Source: Azolla caroliniana
Taxonomy: Eukaryota; Plantae; Polypodiophyta
Assembly: GCA_043228905.1 (NCBI GenBank)
Contig: JBHGNT010000001.1
Location: 22,072,001-22,136,000, forward strand
DNA length: 64,000 nucleotides
Direction: 5' to 3'
A program made the position numbers and the translations under genes. Numbering within the stretch: the stretch's first letter is position 1; every line of letters begins with the position of its first letter. The notes below the pieces were generated by a model. It had not been told where the DNA came from and searched no databases. It was given only the letters and a program-made list of their open reading frames with translations. Of the stretch, positions 25,683-37,839 are shown in pieces.

Positions 25683-26906
25683 TGATGAGAATCGCACTCG
25701 GCCACAACCGAGTTTAAAACTCTAATGGAAGAATAACAGAGAATAGGAACAATGCACTTACACAGACAACGAGATAACACTACTAGATATTTACGTGGAA
25801 AACCTCGACATGCAAAACCACAGGAGTACACATACTCCGAACAGGATCTCTATAGGAGAGAGGTACAACAATGCGAGACTTAGAGGCAACGGCCTCGAGC
25901 TCTATCTTCGCCAATCGATGGTTACAACGGAAATGCTTTTTGTATCTCTCTCATGCTCTCTCTTTGTATATGATAACTACATTTAACTAATTCACTACAA
26001 CTACATACATTTATTGCCCTAGTTATATTTATACTTATATAACTTTAGGGCTATTTACAAATATGACCTCAATAGTTACATCGGAACATATTTATTTATA
26101 TGTTCCTGCTTCTTGTTCACATCGGATCCGAAAGGACAGCTTTTGGATCCATCTGGTCTAGTTTCCTCCTCAAACTATACTGACAACCAGAGATCTTTGA
26201 CCACTAGCATGTCCCTCATCTTAGACTTCTACACTACGTAGTTGGAGCGGGTGAGCTTGAACATGCCACCGAATGACTCTTCCACTTTCTTCGTTTGTTT
26301 GAAGTTTAGAACTTTGCTCTGATACCAATTTGTCGAAAATCACACTCGGCCACAACTGACTTTCAAACTCTACTGGAAGATTAACAGAGAATAGGAACAA
26401 TGCACTTACACAGACAACGAGATGACACAAGATATTTACGTGGAAAACTTGGAGAGGCAAAACCATGGGAGTTCACAGACTTCGAACAGTATCACGATAG
26501 GGGAGGTACAACAATGGGAGACTCAAAGGCAATGGCTTCGAGCTCTGTTTCCGCCAACCGGCGGTTACAATCTCTCTCTCTCTATCTCTCTCTCTCTCTC
26601 TCCTCTTTCTCTCTCTCTCTCCCTCCCTCCCTCTCTGTACAGTGATACCTACTAACTAACTCACTGCAACTACATACAATTATTGTCCTAGTTATATTTA
26701 TACTTATATAACTTTAGGATTATTTACAAATATGACCCCAACTGTCACATCGAAACATGTTTACTAATATTTCCTTGCTTCTTATTCTCACCGAATCCGC
26801 CCGGATACCTTCCAGATCCATCCAGTCCGGTTTCTTCCTCCGACTCGTCCGATCCACTCGTTCGGTTCTCATCGGGATCCCAGCCGGAGGGACCGGTTTC
26901 TCAACA
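25683..26906 (-). mobile_element. Internally deleted two-LTR copia derivative, copy 2, TSD GAAAG
   Basis: GAAAG at 25678-25682 and 26907-26911, TG...CA ends, PBS near 26316-26327. Confidence 0.88.
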
Positions 26907-28004
26907 GAAAGAGGGCCATGAATGACATGAGATACATAGTGAACAAACATGTGGGCTATTGAGTGTAAGATAAATAAGTGATGTCGCCCATATGGAAGTA
27001 TGTAATGACTACTCGATAAACGGACTAAAGTTGTGTACTCAATGACATTTTCACTAATGGAATATATTCTTTTTTGGTAAAAAAAGAATTTGATAATTGG
27101 CAAAAAGTAAATTACCAGAATATTGTCCATTGAAGGAAAATTTGAGAGTTACATAATTGGTAATATGCAATGTGCATAGAGAAAAACCCAACAAAACATG
27201 TCCATGGCCAAGCTAAAGCATGATAAGAACATATCAATAAGAAGAGGCCACATTTGGACCTAACAATAAGAAAAAAGTGATTGCTCGTTGCTCCACCCAA
27301 TATCTTCATGGTCAAGCTAATTTGAGTGCAAAACATTCTTGACAATATTCCTATGTAAGAGGTTATGATCTTTTTGTACTTTACACTTGTTAATCTAAAA
27401 CTTTCGTAATGGCACCATTATTCCATTAATTTGGTACTTAGGTTTTATAGTGTCTACCTCAATTGTAATTTTCTTTACAAATTGGAAGCCATTCAATTTC
27501 TGCATACTTTTTGCATTTTCAACAATTTTTTATTTACTTGCACCTTCTAGCTATGGTTTCAAGATGGCTTATATATCCAACCCTTTTCTTCTTCTAATTC
27601 TAAGAGTAACATAGACTTCATCTAAGTTCATGCCTCTTCAAATCAAGCATGAGACAAAAAATTCATAATGGTAACCGTAATGCCTTTTTCCTAAGGGGTT
27701 TTTAAGGTGATTTTGAGTTTTTTTATAAGGTTTCCTATGCCTAATATTCTACTTTTCAAGATTTAAGTTGACACTTGTTCACAACCTAATTGTTGGATAT
27801 AATAAATATGGCTACAGGTAGAGGATATGATATTCACCAAATTCATCATATACTATATTTGATATTTTTATTATCATTAAACAATGAATTTCATGAATTT
27901 TCTATAAAATTTGATATTAATAATAGAATGTAGTATCTCCTTCTCGGTGGATCTCTTGTTTCTCCTTTATCATTTTCTTAGAATCTATGAATTGTTTTTT
28001 TCAG

Positions 28005-29470
28005 TACAAACTTTATAAATCCGTATGGGGGTTTATAATTCATCACATGTGGATATTAAATTGAATACTTCAAGAAAAAGGGTTTTCAAATGAAAAAAAG
28101 GCCTGCCAAGTTTGTCCTCCATGGGTTTCTCGCCTTCATCTTGGTGTACTTTTGGGTACATGACACCTTGGGAGTCGGGACAATATTCATACTAATCATA
28201 AACATCCCCCATTGCTACTAGTAGAGTCATCCTTTATGGTTGTCATAATGCACCTATTTTGATACTATATTTATTTGACCATATCCTTTGTCTCTCCATC
28301 GACATACTCGAAAATTTCATTGTTGGCATTGTTTGAGAATGCAAAAGATTTCTTGACGAGCTTAGCCTCCATCTTTGTCATCCTTCTAGAATTGTGAGAG
28401 CAATGTTGGTGCTAATACTTCTAGCTTGGATACATGTAATGTAAATTTGCAAGGGCATCATGAGCTTAAGTTGATCTACACTATGGCACTTGTTTATGAG
28501 ATGAGGATATGATATTAAATTCAGAGTGTGCTTTAATTCTTACTTCCTTTTACCCTAGATATCATATGGGTGAATAACGTTTCAAGCTTGCTAGTCTTAT
28601 TGAAAAGGTAAAACATTGCCTCCCAAGTCAGTACATTAACACTTGTACAATATTGTCCCTTGTCCCAAAAAGAAACGAATAAATGGATCTATAAGCTCTA
28701 TAAGAAAGAATTGCCCTCATACTCGCTTATGGCTTATTGCGCATAGATCCTTGCCGATAGGGGTGTGGGCTAAAGGCCCGAATGTAGGCCCTAGATGTAG
28801 TCCATGTGGACAGTTAGAAAGTATTTCCCATTGTCTATAGGAATGTCACGAGGTAATGGCAATATGGGAAAGGGCATTTACGATTGCTATGCCATGCCTC
28901 TCGCTCATTTACCGTCAAATGGGGACATGTTTGCTGGAATTGTCTTGATGATGATGTGAAGAAATTTGATAGCACATGCAAAGCAATGTACAGAGGCGAG
29001 AATGGAACTATTCGATGATCACTGATAACAGGGCACCTATAGTTAGTGCCCAGAAGCAGAAAATTGGAGATCAGATATGGAATTTGGTTGCACCCATTAT
29101 CATATGGAGCATATGGACGACAAGATGTACTAGAGTATTTTCAGCAAACAAACGACCTCCAACAGAATCTATTAAGCTTATATGACACACATTAATAACT
29201 ACATTGAGGGCACAATATGAGCGGATTGATGGGACGGATGATGCTTCAGAACTACACCAATGGCCAAATTTTAGAAAACGTTGGTGTTCTACACCGATGG
29301 CAGCAGAAATTAGAATGGGTATACGTTGGTAGTATGTAGTGCCTGGGTGGTTGTTCCCCCCTTCCCATTCGATGAAAAAGGGGCGCGAATGACATGAGAT
29401 ACATAGTGAACAAACATGTGGGCAATTGAGTGTAAGATAAATAAGTGATGTCGCCCATATGGAAGTAGGT
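28005..29470 (+). repeat. Third copy of upstream region plus LINE fragment (28650-29370) with empty insertion site
   Basis: Matches about 20835-22200, then runs directly into GAATGACATGAGATACATAG with no LTR element. Confidence 0.88.
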
Positions 29471-32239
29471 AATGACTACCCGAGAAAGGGACTAAAGTTG
29501 TGTACTGAATGATATTTTAACTAATGGAGTATATTCGTTTTTGGTAGAAAAAGATAATGATAATTGGCAAGAAGTAAACTGCAAGAATATTGTTCATTGA
29601 AGGAAAGATTGTGAGTTATATAATTGGTAATATGCGTAGAGAAAAACACAACAAAATAGGTCCATGGTCAAGCTAAGCATGATAGACACATATCAATAAG
29701 AAGAGGCCACATTTGGACCTAACAATAAGAAAAAAGTGATTGCTCGTTGCTCCACCCAATATCGTCATGGTCAAGCTAATTTGAGTGCAAAACATTCTCA
29801 ACAATATTTCTATGGAAGAGGTGATGATCTTTTTGTACTTTACATTTGTTAATATAAAACTTTGGTAATGGCACCATTATTGCATTAATTTGCTTGACTT
29901 ATGTTTTATAGTGTCTACCTCAATTGTAATTTGCTTTAGAAATTAGAAGCCAATCAATTTCTTTATATTTTGTGCATTTTTCAACTATTTTTGATTTACT
30001 TGCACCTTCTAGCTATGGTTTCAAGATGACTTATATATCCAACCCTTTTCTTCTTCTGATTCTAAGAGTAACATAGACTTCATCTTAGTTTATGCCTCTT
30101 GAAATCAAGCATGAGACATAAAATTCCATAATGGTAATTGTAATGCCTTTTTCCCAAGGGCTTTTTAAGGTGATTTTGAGCTTCTTTCTAAGGTTTTCTA
30201 TGCCTAATATTTTGCTTCGCAAGATTTAAGTTGACACTTGTTCACAACCAAATTGTTGGATATAATAAATATGGCTATAGATAAAGGCTAGACCTTAGAC
30301 ATACTATGATATGATATTCACCAAATTCATCATATACTATAATTGATATTTTTATAATCATTAGACAATGAATTTACAATGCATTTCATGAATTTTCCCA
30401 AAAATTTGATATTAATAATGAAATGTAGTATCTCCTTCTGGATGGATCTCTCATTTCTCCTTTATCATTTTCTTAGAATCTATGAATTATTTTTCTTTTA
30501 CATGTCATGTGATGTTAATGCCTTGGATGGGAGGACAACTATCAATACCACTATTACAAACTTTATAAAACTGATTGAGTGTTTGTATTTCATCACATGA
30601 GGAAACTAAATTTTGTGCTTAAAATAAAAGGCTTTAAAGTCAAAACACTTGTACAACTTCTGAAAGGGAGCATGATGCTTTGCGGCTTTTTTAGAAGACC
30701 AATAATATACTGGCTCCTTTCCCCAATCGTGGATCAATTTTTTTCAAAAAGGTCGTGTTCACTAGGTTAACAATTATGATTTTGGTTTAGTAAGATGTAT
30801 ATTACTATCATTGTGAATTGAGAACCCATAAAATAACAATGATTTAAATGGAAAATGCGTCTACTATATACTTCCGTTCTTAAAAGCAATCAAAGGAAAG
30901 AGTGTAAGTTCAAGACAACAAAAAAGAGAATGTTTGAGGGATTTTGTTGAAAAGCTAAATTCCAATAGTTGATGTTGATGAAAAATATTATTATTGTGAG
31001 CCATTTAAATGCAAAAGTGCCCAAAACCTTTTCTAATGATGGAAATAAGGATTGCTTAACAAGCCATGTGTAGTTTTTCCCAAACATTGGGCTAGGAAAT
31101 CCCTAAAATGTGTGATGAATATTTGTATTCATTTGGTGATGGACCAAATCCATAATAAGTGTAAGGTAGTTTTTGATTCTCTATCTCTTAGAATCTTAAT
31201 TGACGTTAAGCAAAATTAAAGAGGAAAATAAGGAACAAAGGGTACTAGTCTATTCGACCACCCCCTAGTGAAGGTGAAAGACGGATCTAAGTCCCACGTT
31301 GGTGTCCGATACCATCGTGTACGAACATGTATTGTACCTTTGGATTGAAGGAGGCTGTTGAGATATCAAGCTCAACACACTAAGTTTAGCCATTCAATTA
31401 ACCACGTAACTTAGTAGTTACCTAGATAGAATCTAGTTAGTGTGTTGAGCTTTTAAACCCTTAAATAGGACCTTGTACTTGTACATAAGTGGGGATACAT
31501 TCTAGATCCTCCACTACCAAGTATATTTAATATAGGACTTACATCCTTGTACCTATATTCTACTCCCACATGTGCACCCTTGCACATGAGTTGTATATAT
31601 ACCTCATTGTGGGCATTTTTGTAACTTGATGCTTATTAACATAGAGAAGAGTCTTTAGCTACACTCTTGTTAATCATCCCCCATTTATATTATTGTTCAT
31701 AAGTGTATCTTCCTCTCTCTCCTCTCACACACATACACACACAAATCACATAATCTTTTGTTGCTTTATCAATACTCACATAATTAGACCCTAATTAACC
31801 TTAGTTAATTACCTAATTATTAACATGGTATCAAAGTGTGTGGTTTAGTACATACACTAAGCCCACCCGACTCTTCGTGATTGTATGTTCAAGACACCGA
31901 CAACAAATTCAACTATCCGCTACCGTAGTGCTACTACGTAGCACGTGTACATGACTGAAGAAAGAAAAGCCAAAAAGGAAGACACTACATCAACATGAAC
32001 ACACAAATGGGCAGCTCGCTCCCTAGTGAAAAACTAGACCAGAGCAATTTTTCATCTTGGGAGTACAAGATGAACCAATACCTAGTCGCCCAAGGGTATT
32101 GGAGCTACATCAATGACACACTCCTAAACAAACCTGACATTACAAACGTTAACTACCCAACGTGGGAGCAAGGAGCGAGTTGGGTAATGTATTGCTTGGC
32201 AACATGTGTCCACGGCCACATGTTTAGCCACATTGGAGA

Positions 32240-33045
32240 TGACGGGAACTCAAGGCTCCTTATGTCCAACGCTCGGCCACAACCGAGATTCTTTACTTAC
32301 ACAGAAAACAGGAAATGGAAAAACACGCGACACAAAAGGAGAGAAGAGGTACACAGGAGGTTTACGTGGAAAACCCCAAGCTAGGGGAAAAACCACGGTA
32401 GCCCACAGGCTGCAAACTGTCACTATGTGGGAATATACAACAGTGAGTTCACTGAGGCACCGACCTCGTGCTCACAAATCTTCGCCACAGGCGGCGATTA
32501 CAACAGAGGCAACGACCTCTTTCTCTCTCTCTCTCTCTGTACACTATTACGTGCTCTCTCTTCTTCTTGCACCAACAAGGAAAAATGACAACAACAACTA
32601 AAAGTTTGCCCTAAGTCATATTTATACTAATATGACTTTTCGGCTATTTACAAATGTAGCCACGATGGGCTCTCAGAAACATATTTACGAATATGTCTCT
32701 TCATCCGATTCTCATCGGGTCTGTACCATCCGGCTCTCCGTAGCCGGGTATTCCTCATCCGGTCTTCACCGGGTCTGTATCATCCGGCTCTCCGTAGCCG
32801 AGTACTCCTCATCCGGTTCATACCGGGCCTGCACCATCCGGCTCTCCATAGCCGAGTACTCCTCATCCGGTTCATACCGGGCCTGCACCATCCGGCTCTC
32901 CGTAGCCGAGTACTCCTCATCCGGTTCATACTGGGCCTGCACCATCCGGCTCTCCATAGCCGGGTCCTCCTCATACGGTTTTGGCCGAGGCCTTCATTGG
33001 CACTGTTCTTCTCCCTTCCCATCCGGAGGGACCTGTCTCCCAACA
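32240..33045 (-). mobile_element. Solo LTR (family of 48826/53522) inserted in gag, TSD GGAGA/CGAGA
   Basis: Reverse complement of LTR 48826-49456. The host gag resumes after it (..HI|RDTKMPKEA). Confidence 0.88.
32695..32975. repeat. 54-bp tandem repeat (about 5 copies) within LTR U3
   Basis: Unit TACTCCTCATCCGGTTCATACCGGGCCTGCACCATCCGGCTCTCCGTAGCCGAG. Confidence 0.9.
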
Positions 33046-34584
33046 CGAGACACCAAGATGCCTAAAGAAGCATGAGAGAACTTAATGAAAATTTTCGCCG
33101 CCAACACGACCACGCGCAAGCTTCAACTCCGGCAAGACTTGAACAACATACAAAAAAAAGATATGCTTCTGTCGGACTACACCACCAAGATCAAGATCAT
33201 TTGCGACTCGCTTGGCTCCATCAACATAAACGTCAAATATGCTTGGGTGGACTCGCACATCAGTTCGAGGGAAAACCCGATAAGGATGGCTATCTTAGGG
33301 AGGGAAAACCCTCCTTTGTTCTTCGACCTCCAACCAATGTTATTGGTCCAAGAGAGCTACATCCGAACCAAGACCAAGACGTTAGAAGGACAAATGTTAT
33401 TCTCGAATTTGGATGGTGTCCGAGGACGAGGTTGAGGTGGTAGGAGAGGTCGATTCGACCAATGTCACGAAGGGAACTCAAAGCTTCTTCAACAAGACGG
33501 AAGCTATTGAGGAACCTTTGGAAAAAGGGGGAGCTTCCATGCCGAGCAAGGTTGGCAAACGAGGCCCGCTACTTGCAACTATTGTGGCAAAATCGGGTGA
33601 CTGTGAAGAGGACTGCTGAAAGAAGAGAAATGAGTCGGCTTCGACAAGCCGACAACTCATAAATTACGCCACCAACTCCGAATACGATGACTATGGTGGG
33701 CTATTAATAATGAGACATAGAGTGAACTCTATGACGGCCTTCGACTCCACAAGCACCTCCAACTCGGAAGACATATGGTTCGTCATCTCCAACGCCTCAC
33801 ATCATATGACGTCACACCAGGAGTGGTTCTGTGACTTAAGAATGCTAGATCGACCCGGCTACATAGAGATGGGAGACGACACCACAGATCCCATTCGGTA
33901 CATCGGCAACGATGGCCAAAAAAATTGCATCAAGAATGTCTTGCAAGTTCCTACAATAACAAAGAATTTTGTCTCGGTCGGCCAAATTGTGGAACAAGGC
34001 ATGCAAGTTTGTTTCAACAACGAAGGATGCTTTATAGAAAAAGATGGCCAACTCATAGCTAGAGGATGGAGAGACGATCAGATGTTCATTCTCGATTCGA
34101 ACGAGGTAAAATCGGCTATGTATGCCAAAGGTCTCAAAACCGAGTCGAACATCGACTTATGGCACAAGAGAATCACCCACATCAAGTCTCCAACGGCTTC
34201 GAGGGATGCAATCAAAGTGAGTCTTCATCGGACTTCCGACATTTGAGTCGAAACGAGTGGACCGAGTGTGCGAAGCATGTCAACTACACAAACAACATCG
34301 ACTCCCATTCCCAAAGGAGAGTTGTGTAAGTAAAGGCCTCGTATGGGGACTGGTGCAAACACCGACCATCGGAGGATGTCGGTACTACGTCACCTTCATC
34401 GATGACTGCTCACACTACACATGAATCTCTTCTCGATGAAGAAGAAGAGAAAAGTGCTCTCCCACTTTCAAAAGCTCAAGAGCCAAGTCGAGAAAGAAAC
34501 TGGTTGGCACATTCGATGCCTACGATCAGATGGAGGAAAGGAGTACTTCTCCAACGAATTCATCTCCTATCTCCAAGGTGAAGG

Positions 34585-35215
34585 TGATCACTGATAACAG
34601 GGCACCTACAGTTTGTGCCCAGAAGCAGAAAATTGGAGATCAAAATTGGACAGTTAGAAAGTATTTCCCATTGTCTATAGGAATGTCACGAGGTAATGGC
34701 AATATGGGAAAGGGCATTTACGATTGCTATGCCATGCCTCTCACTCATTTACCCTCAAATGGGGACATGTTTGTTGGAATTGTCTTGATGATGATGTGAA
34801 GAAATTAGATAGCACATGCAAAGTAATGTACAGAGGCGAGAATGGAACTATTCGATGATCATTGATAACAGGCCACCTACAGTTAGTGCCCAGAAGCAAA
34901 AAATTGGAGATCAAATATGGATGTTGCTTGCACCCATTATCATATGGAGCATATGGATGACAAGATGTACTAGAGTATTTTCAGCAAACAAACGGCCTCC
35001 AACATAATCTATTAAGCTAATATGACACACATTAATAACTACATTGAGGGCACAATATGAGTGAATTGATGGGACAGATGATGCTTCAGAACTACACCGA
35101 TGGCCGAATTTCAAAAAACGTTGGTGTACTACACCGATGGCTGCAGAAATTGGAATGGATATATGTTATCAATACGTAGTGCCTGGGTAGTTGTTCCCCC
35201 CCCCCCCCCATTAGA
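34585..35215 (+). mobile_element. LINE zf-RVT fragment, copy 4
   Basis: Matches the other three copies. The 5' junction is scrambled. Confidence 0.78.
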
Positions 35216-35335
35216 TGAAAGTGATGAGAATCGCACTCGGCCACAACCGAGTTTCAAACTCTAATGGAAGAATAACAAAGAATAGGAACAATGCACTTAC
35301 ACAGACAACGAGATGACACTACTGGATATTTACGT

Positions 35336-35956
35336 TGTCGTGAAGATTTTTGGCAATGGTGTGAAAATTATGTGCAATGAACGAAATCGAGAAGGTGCAA
35401 TGTGCACATGTGAAAGGGGTGAAGGCCACACACATATGTTAGCATGTTGTAAATAGGACTGAAATGAGAATCGTAAAAGGAAAGCTAGATGTAAAGTTAA
35501 ACATGTGCATGTGTGATGTGCGCTTAATTGTAAATATAAAAATAAGACTAAAGCCTAGTATCATTTAAGTGCATACATAAGGGTGGAAGCAAGGCTTGAA
35601 CCTTGCACCTCCAAGATAGAAGACAAATTAACTTACCACAAAAGCCACTACTGAGTGCTTTAAAATTTGTATATTTTCTTTTCATATTCAGTATTTTGTA
35701 GGAAACAAACATATAGAAACCGTGGGCACAAAACCATGGTTTTAGCCCATGGTTTTAGCTTGTGGTTTTAGCCCATGGTTTCGGCTCGTGGTTTTAACCC
35801 ATGGTTTTTGCATGGAGAGACCTATAAAAGCCTATAGTTGGGCTTGTGTAAGGGAGGCAAGTGATACAAGTAAAAAAGAAACTTTTAATCAAAGATCCGA
35901 GTTATCCTAATGGTGATGTATCTTGTCTCGTAAAACTAAAGTCAAGGGTTCTATCT

Positions 35957-35994
<38 letters not shown>

Positions 35995-37839
35995 ATGCAT
36001 CTATCTATCTTCAATATTTTCTTGCTTACGATGCTAAAAACATTGAATCCTTCCGGTCTAGGGCCTCGGTGGTTCCGCTTCATTTTGCAAACACGCGAGG
36101 ATTTCCTCGACATCTTACTTGGTGAACCCGACGTGAAAGAGGCGGTAGGAAGGAGCAAGTCGAGGATCGACCGATACTTGGAGATGGCGTCCTCAAGCTA
36201 TCAAGCGGGAGAGTTCGAAAGGATGATGCTAATTGTCGAACAAATGATGAGATCTCGAGACAACGATGCGAGCATGGAGAAGGTTCACTATGATGGAGCT
36301 CGAGGGTCAATTTGATGGAAGGAACATTATGAAGTTCCTTGATGCATATAGAAGGGAGATGAATCAGAGGAACGTGTTTGAAGCGTGTCAAATCACAAGT
36401 TTCAAGAGAGTGGTCACCAATAACATCCAAAGACGCGTCATCGAGCTTCAAGAAGGCAAGACAACATGGTCCGAATTCGAGAAAGCGATATTAGCGGAGA
36501 TCGCGACGGAAGATTTGTCGAGGATGACTCGACATGTCTTGATGAAGTGGATAGAAAAGAAAAATAAGAAGATGAGTGCCTCGAGGGTATACGATGAGTT
36601 CAACCAGATGTTTAGTCGTCCCCCTATCACGGACCAAGTGCTACTTGAGGAGGAAAAGACTTTTTACTTCCTGAAAGCTATGGATATGAAGGATAGACGA
36701 GAATTGGGAACTCTCCTTGAAGATGATACCCAAGTGAACGGGCTTGTGACAGACTGGGTTGCGGTGAAGAGAGTGTGCAACAAGATCGATAGGTGTAATC
36801 AATGGCTTGATGATATTGATTTTGTAAGGTCAAACGTAGAAAAAACAAGACCATCTAAAGAAGTTGACCTAATCACAGCTTGCATCAATGGAGATAAAGA
36901 GTGTGAGGCTAGTGTAATTGAGGATCTAGCCACTAAAGACGACATCAAGGAGGTGACTATGAACACGACAACAAGCGTCGACAACGACCATGGCCAGATT
37001 TTCTCCGCACTTGTTTTAGAGACTTGGGCAATTGCGTCCAAGAACCAACATGAGACCCAAGAGATGGAAGGTGTTAGCGAGGAGTTGAAGGTCGAAACGA
37101 ATACATGCGACGAAGAGAGAAGCATGATCGAAGCTTGCTCGATCAAGAGGGTCAATGGGTACGAGGACCATGAGATTGAAGAGATACCCACGAAAAATGA
37201 CATCGAGTTAGAGGTGGCTATGGAAGAATTAATGGAAGATGACCGCGTCGAGGATCACACAAGTTCCGGAGACTTGGGCAGTTGCAAAGAGCCAACGTGA
37301 GACCCAAGAGATGGAAGGTGGTAGTAAGAAGGACCAAGATGGTGTTCACAACATCGAGGCGAAGATAGATATGGACGAGTTGATGGTGAATGATGGCAGT
37401 GACAAGACTTTCCCCACACTAGTTCCAGAGACTTGGGCAGGTGCGTCCGAGAACCAATAGAAGACCCAAGAGACGGAAGGTGGCAACAAGGGGGAGTTCA
37501 AATATGATGTGAAAGATGACATCAAGACAAAGGTGTCGAAGGCAATTGACCAAAACACAATCGGATTCCTTCGCACATGTTCTAGAGACTTGGGTGGTTG
37601 TGGTTCAATGCCAATGTGAGACCCAAGAGACAAAAGATGATGTTAGGGAAGCGAAGGTCCAAGCTGTTGCAAATAATGATGTTGGGGAGAGGCCAACAAA
37701 TACCTATGGATCTCTCCACACTCGTTCTGGAGACTTGGGCATTAACTGATGTAAGACCCAAGAGAAGGATAATGACAACGAAGAAGCAAGGGTTGATGCT
37801 GATGTGTGGGAGGAAGAGGTCAAGAAAAGCGTCGTGACA
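35336..37839 (+). mobile_element. 5' part of a gypsy-type element: LTR 35336-36112, tRNA-Trp PBS 36120-36137, gag-like ORF with acidic repeats
   Basis: TGTCG...CGACA termini. TGGTGAACCCGACGTGAA is complementary to the plant tRNA-Trp 3' end (recalled sequence). FDGRNIMKFLDAY gag-like ORF at 36266-37300. No pol present. Confidence 0.75.
35731..35808. repeat. 13-bp tandem repeat (CCATGGTTTTAGC, about 6 copies) upstream of the LTR TATA
   Basis: Read directly; TATAAAAG at about 35823. Confidence 0.85.

Larger units (their letters stand above)
20032..27000. repeat. Tandem segmental duplication, period about 3474 bp (about 20032-23500 and 23506-27000)
   Basis: ORF-track pairs share the same offset (20091/23565, 21472/24946, 21805/25279). 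The unit is exon 1, upstream region, LINE fragment and a deleted copia element. Confidence 0.95.
31356..34580 (+). mobile_element. Degenerate 3'-truncated Ty1/copia element: LTR 31356-31825, PBS 31826-31836, gag-PR-IN
   Basis: TGGTATCAAAG PBS, GSSLPSEKLDQSNFSSWEYKM, TTRKLQLRQDL, WFVISNASHHMT, DLWHKRI, YYVTFIDD, SDGGKEYFS. Confidence 0.88.

Noticed and set aside
32632-33075. ORFs with 18-aa repeats as a novel repeat protein
   Set aside because: They arise from a 54-bp LTR array that is open in several frames. There is no gene structure.
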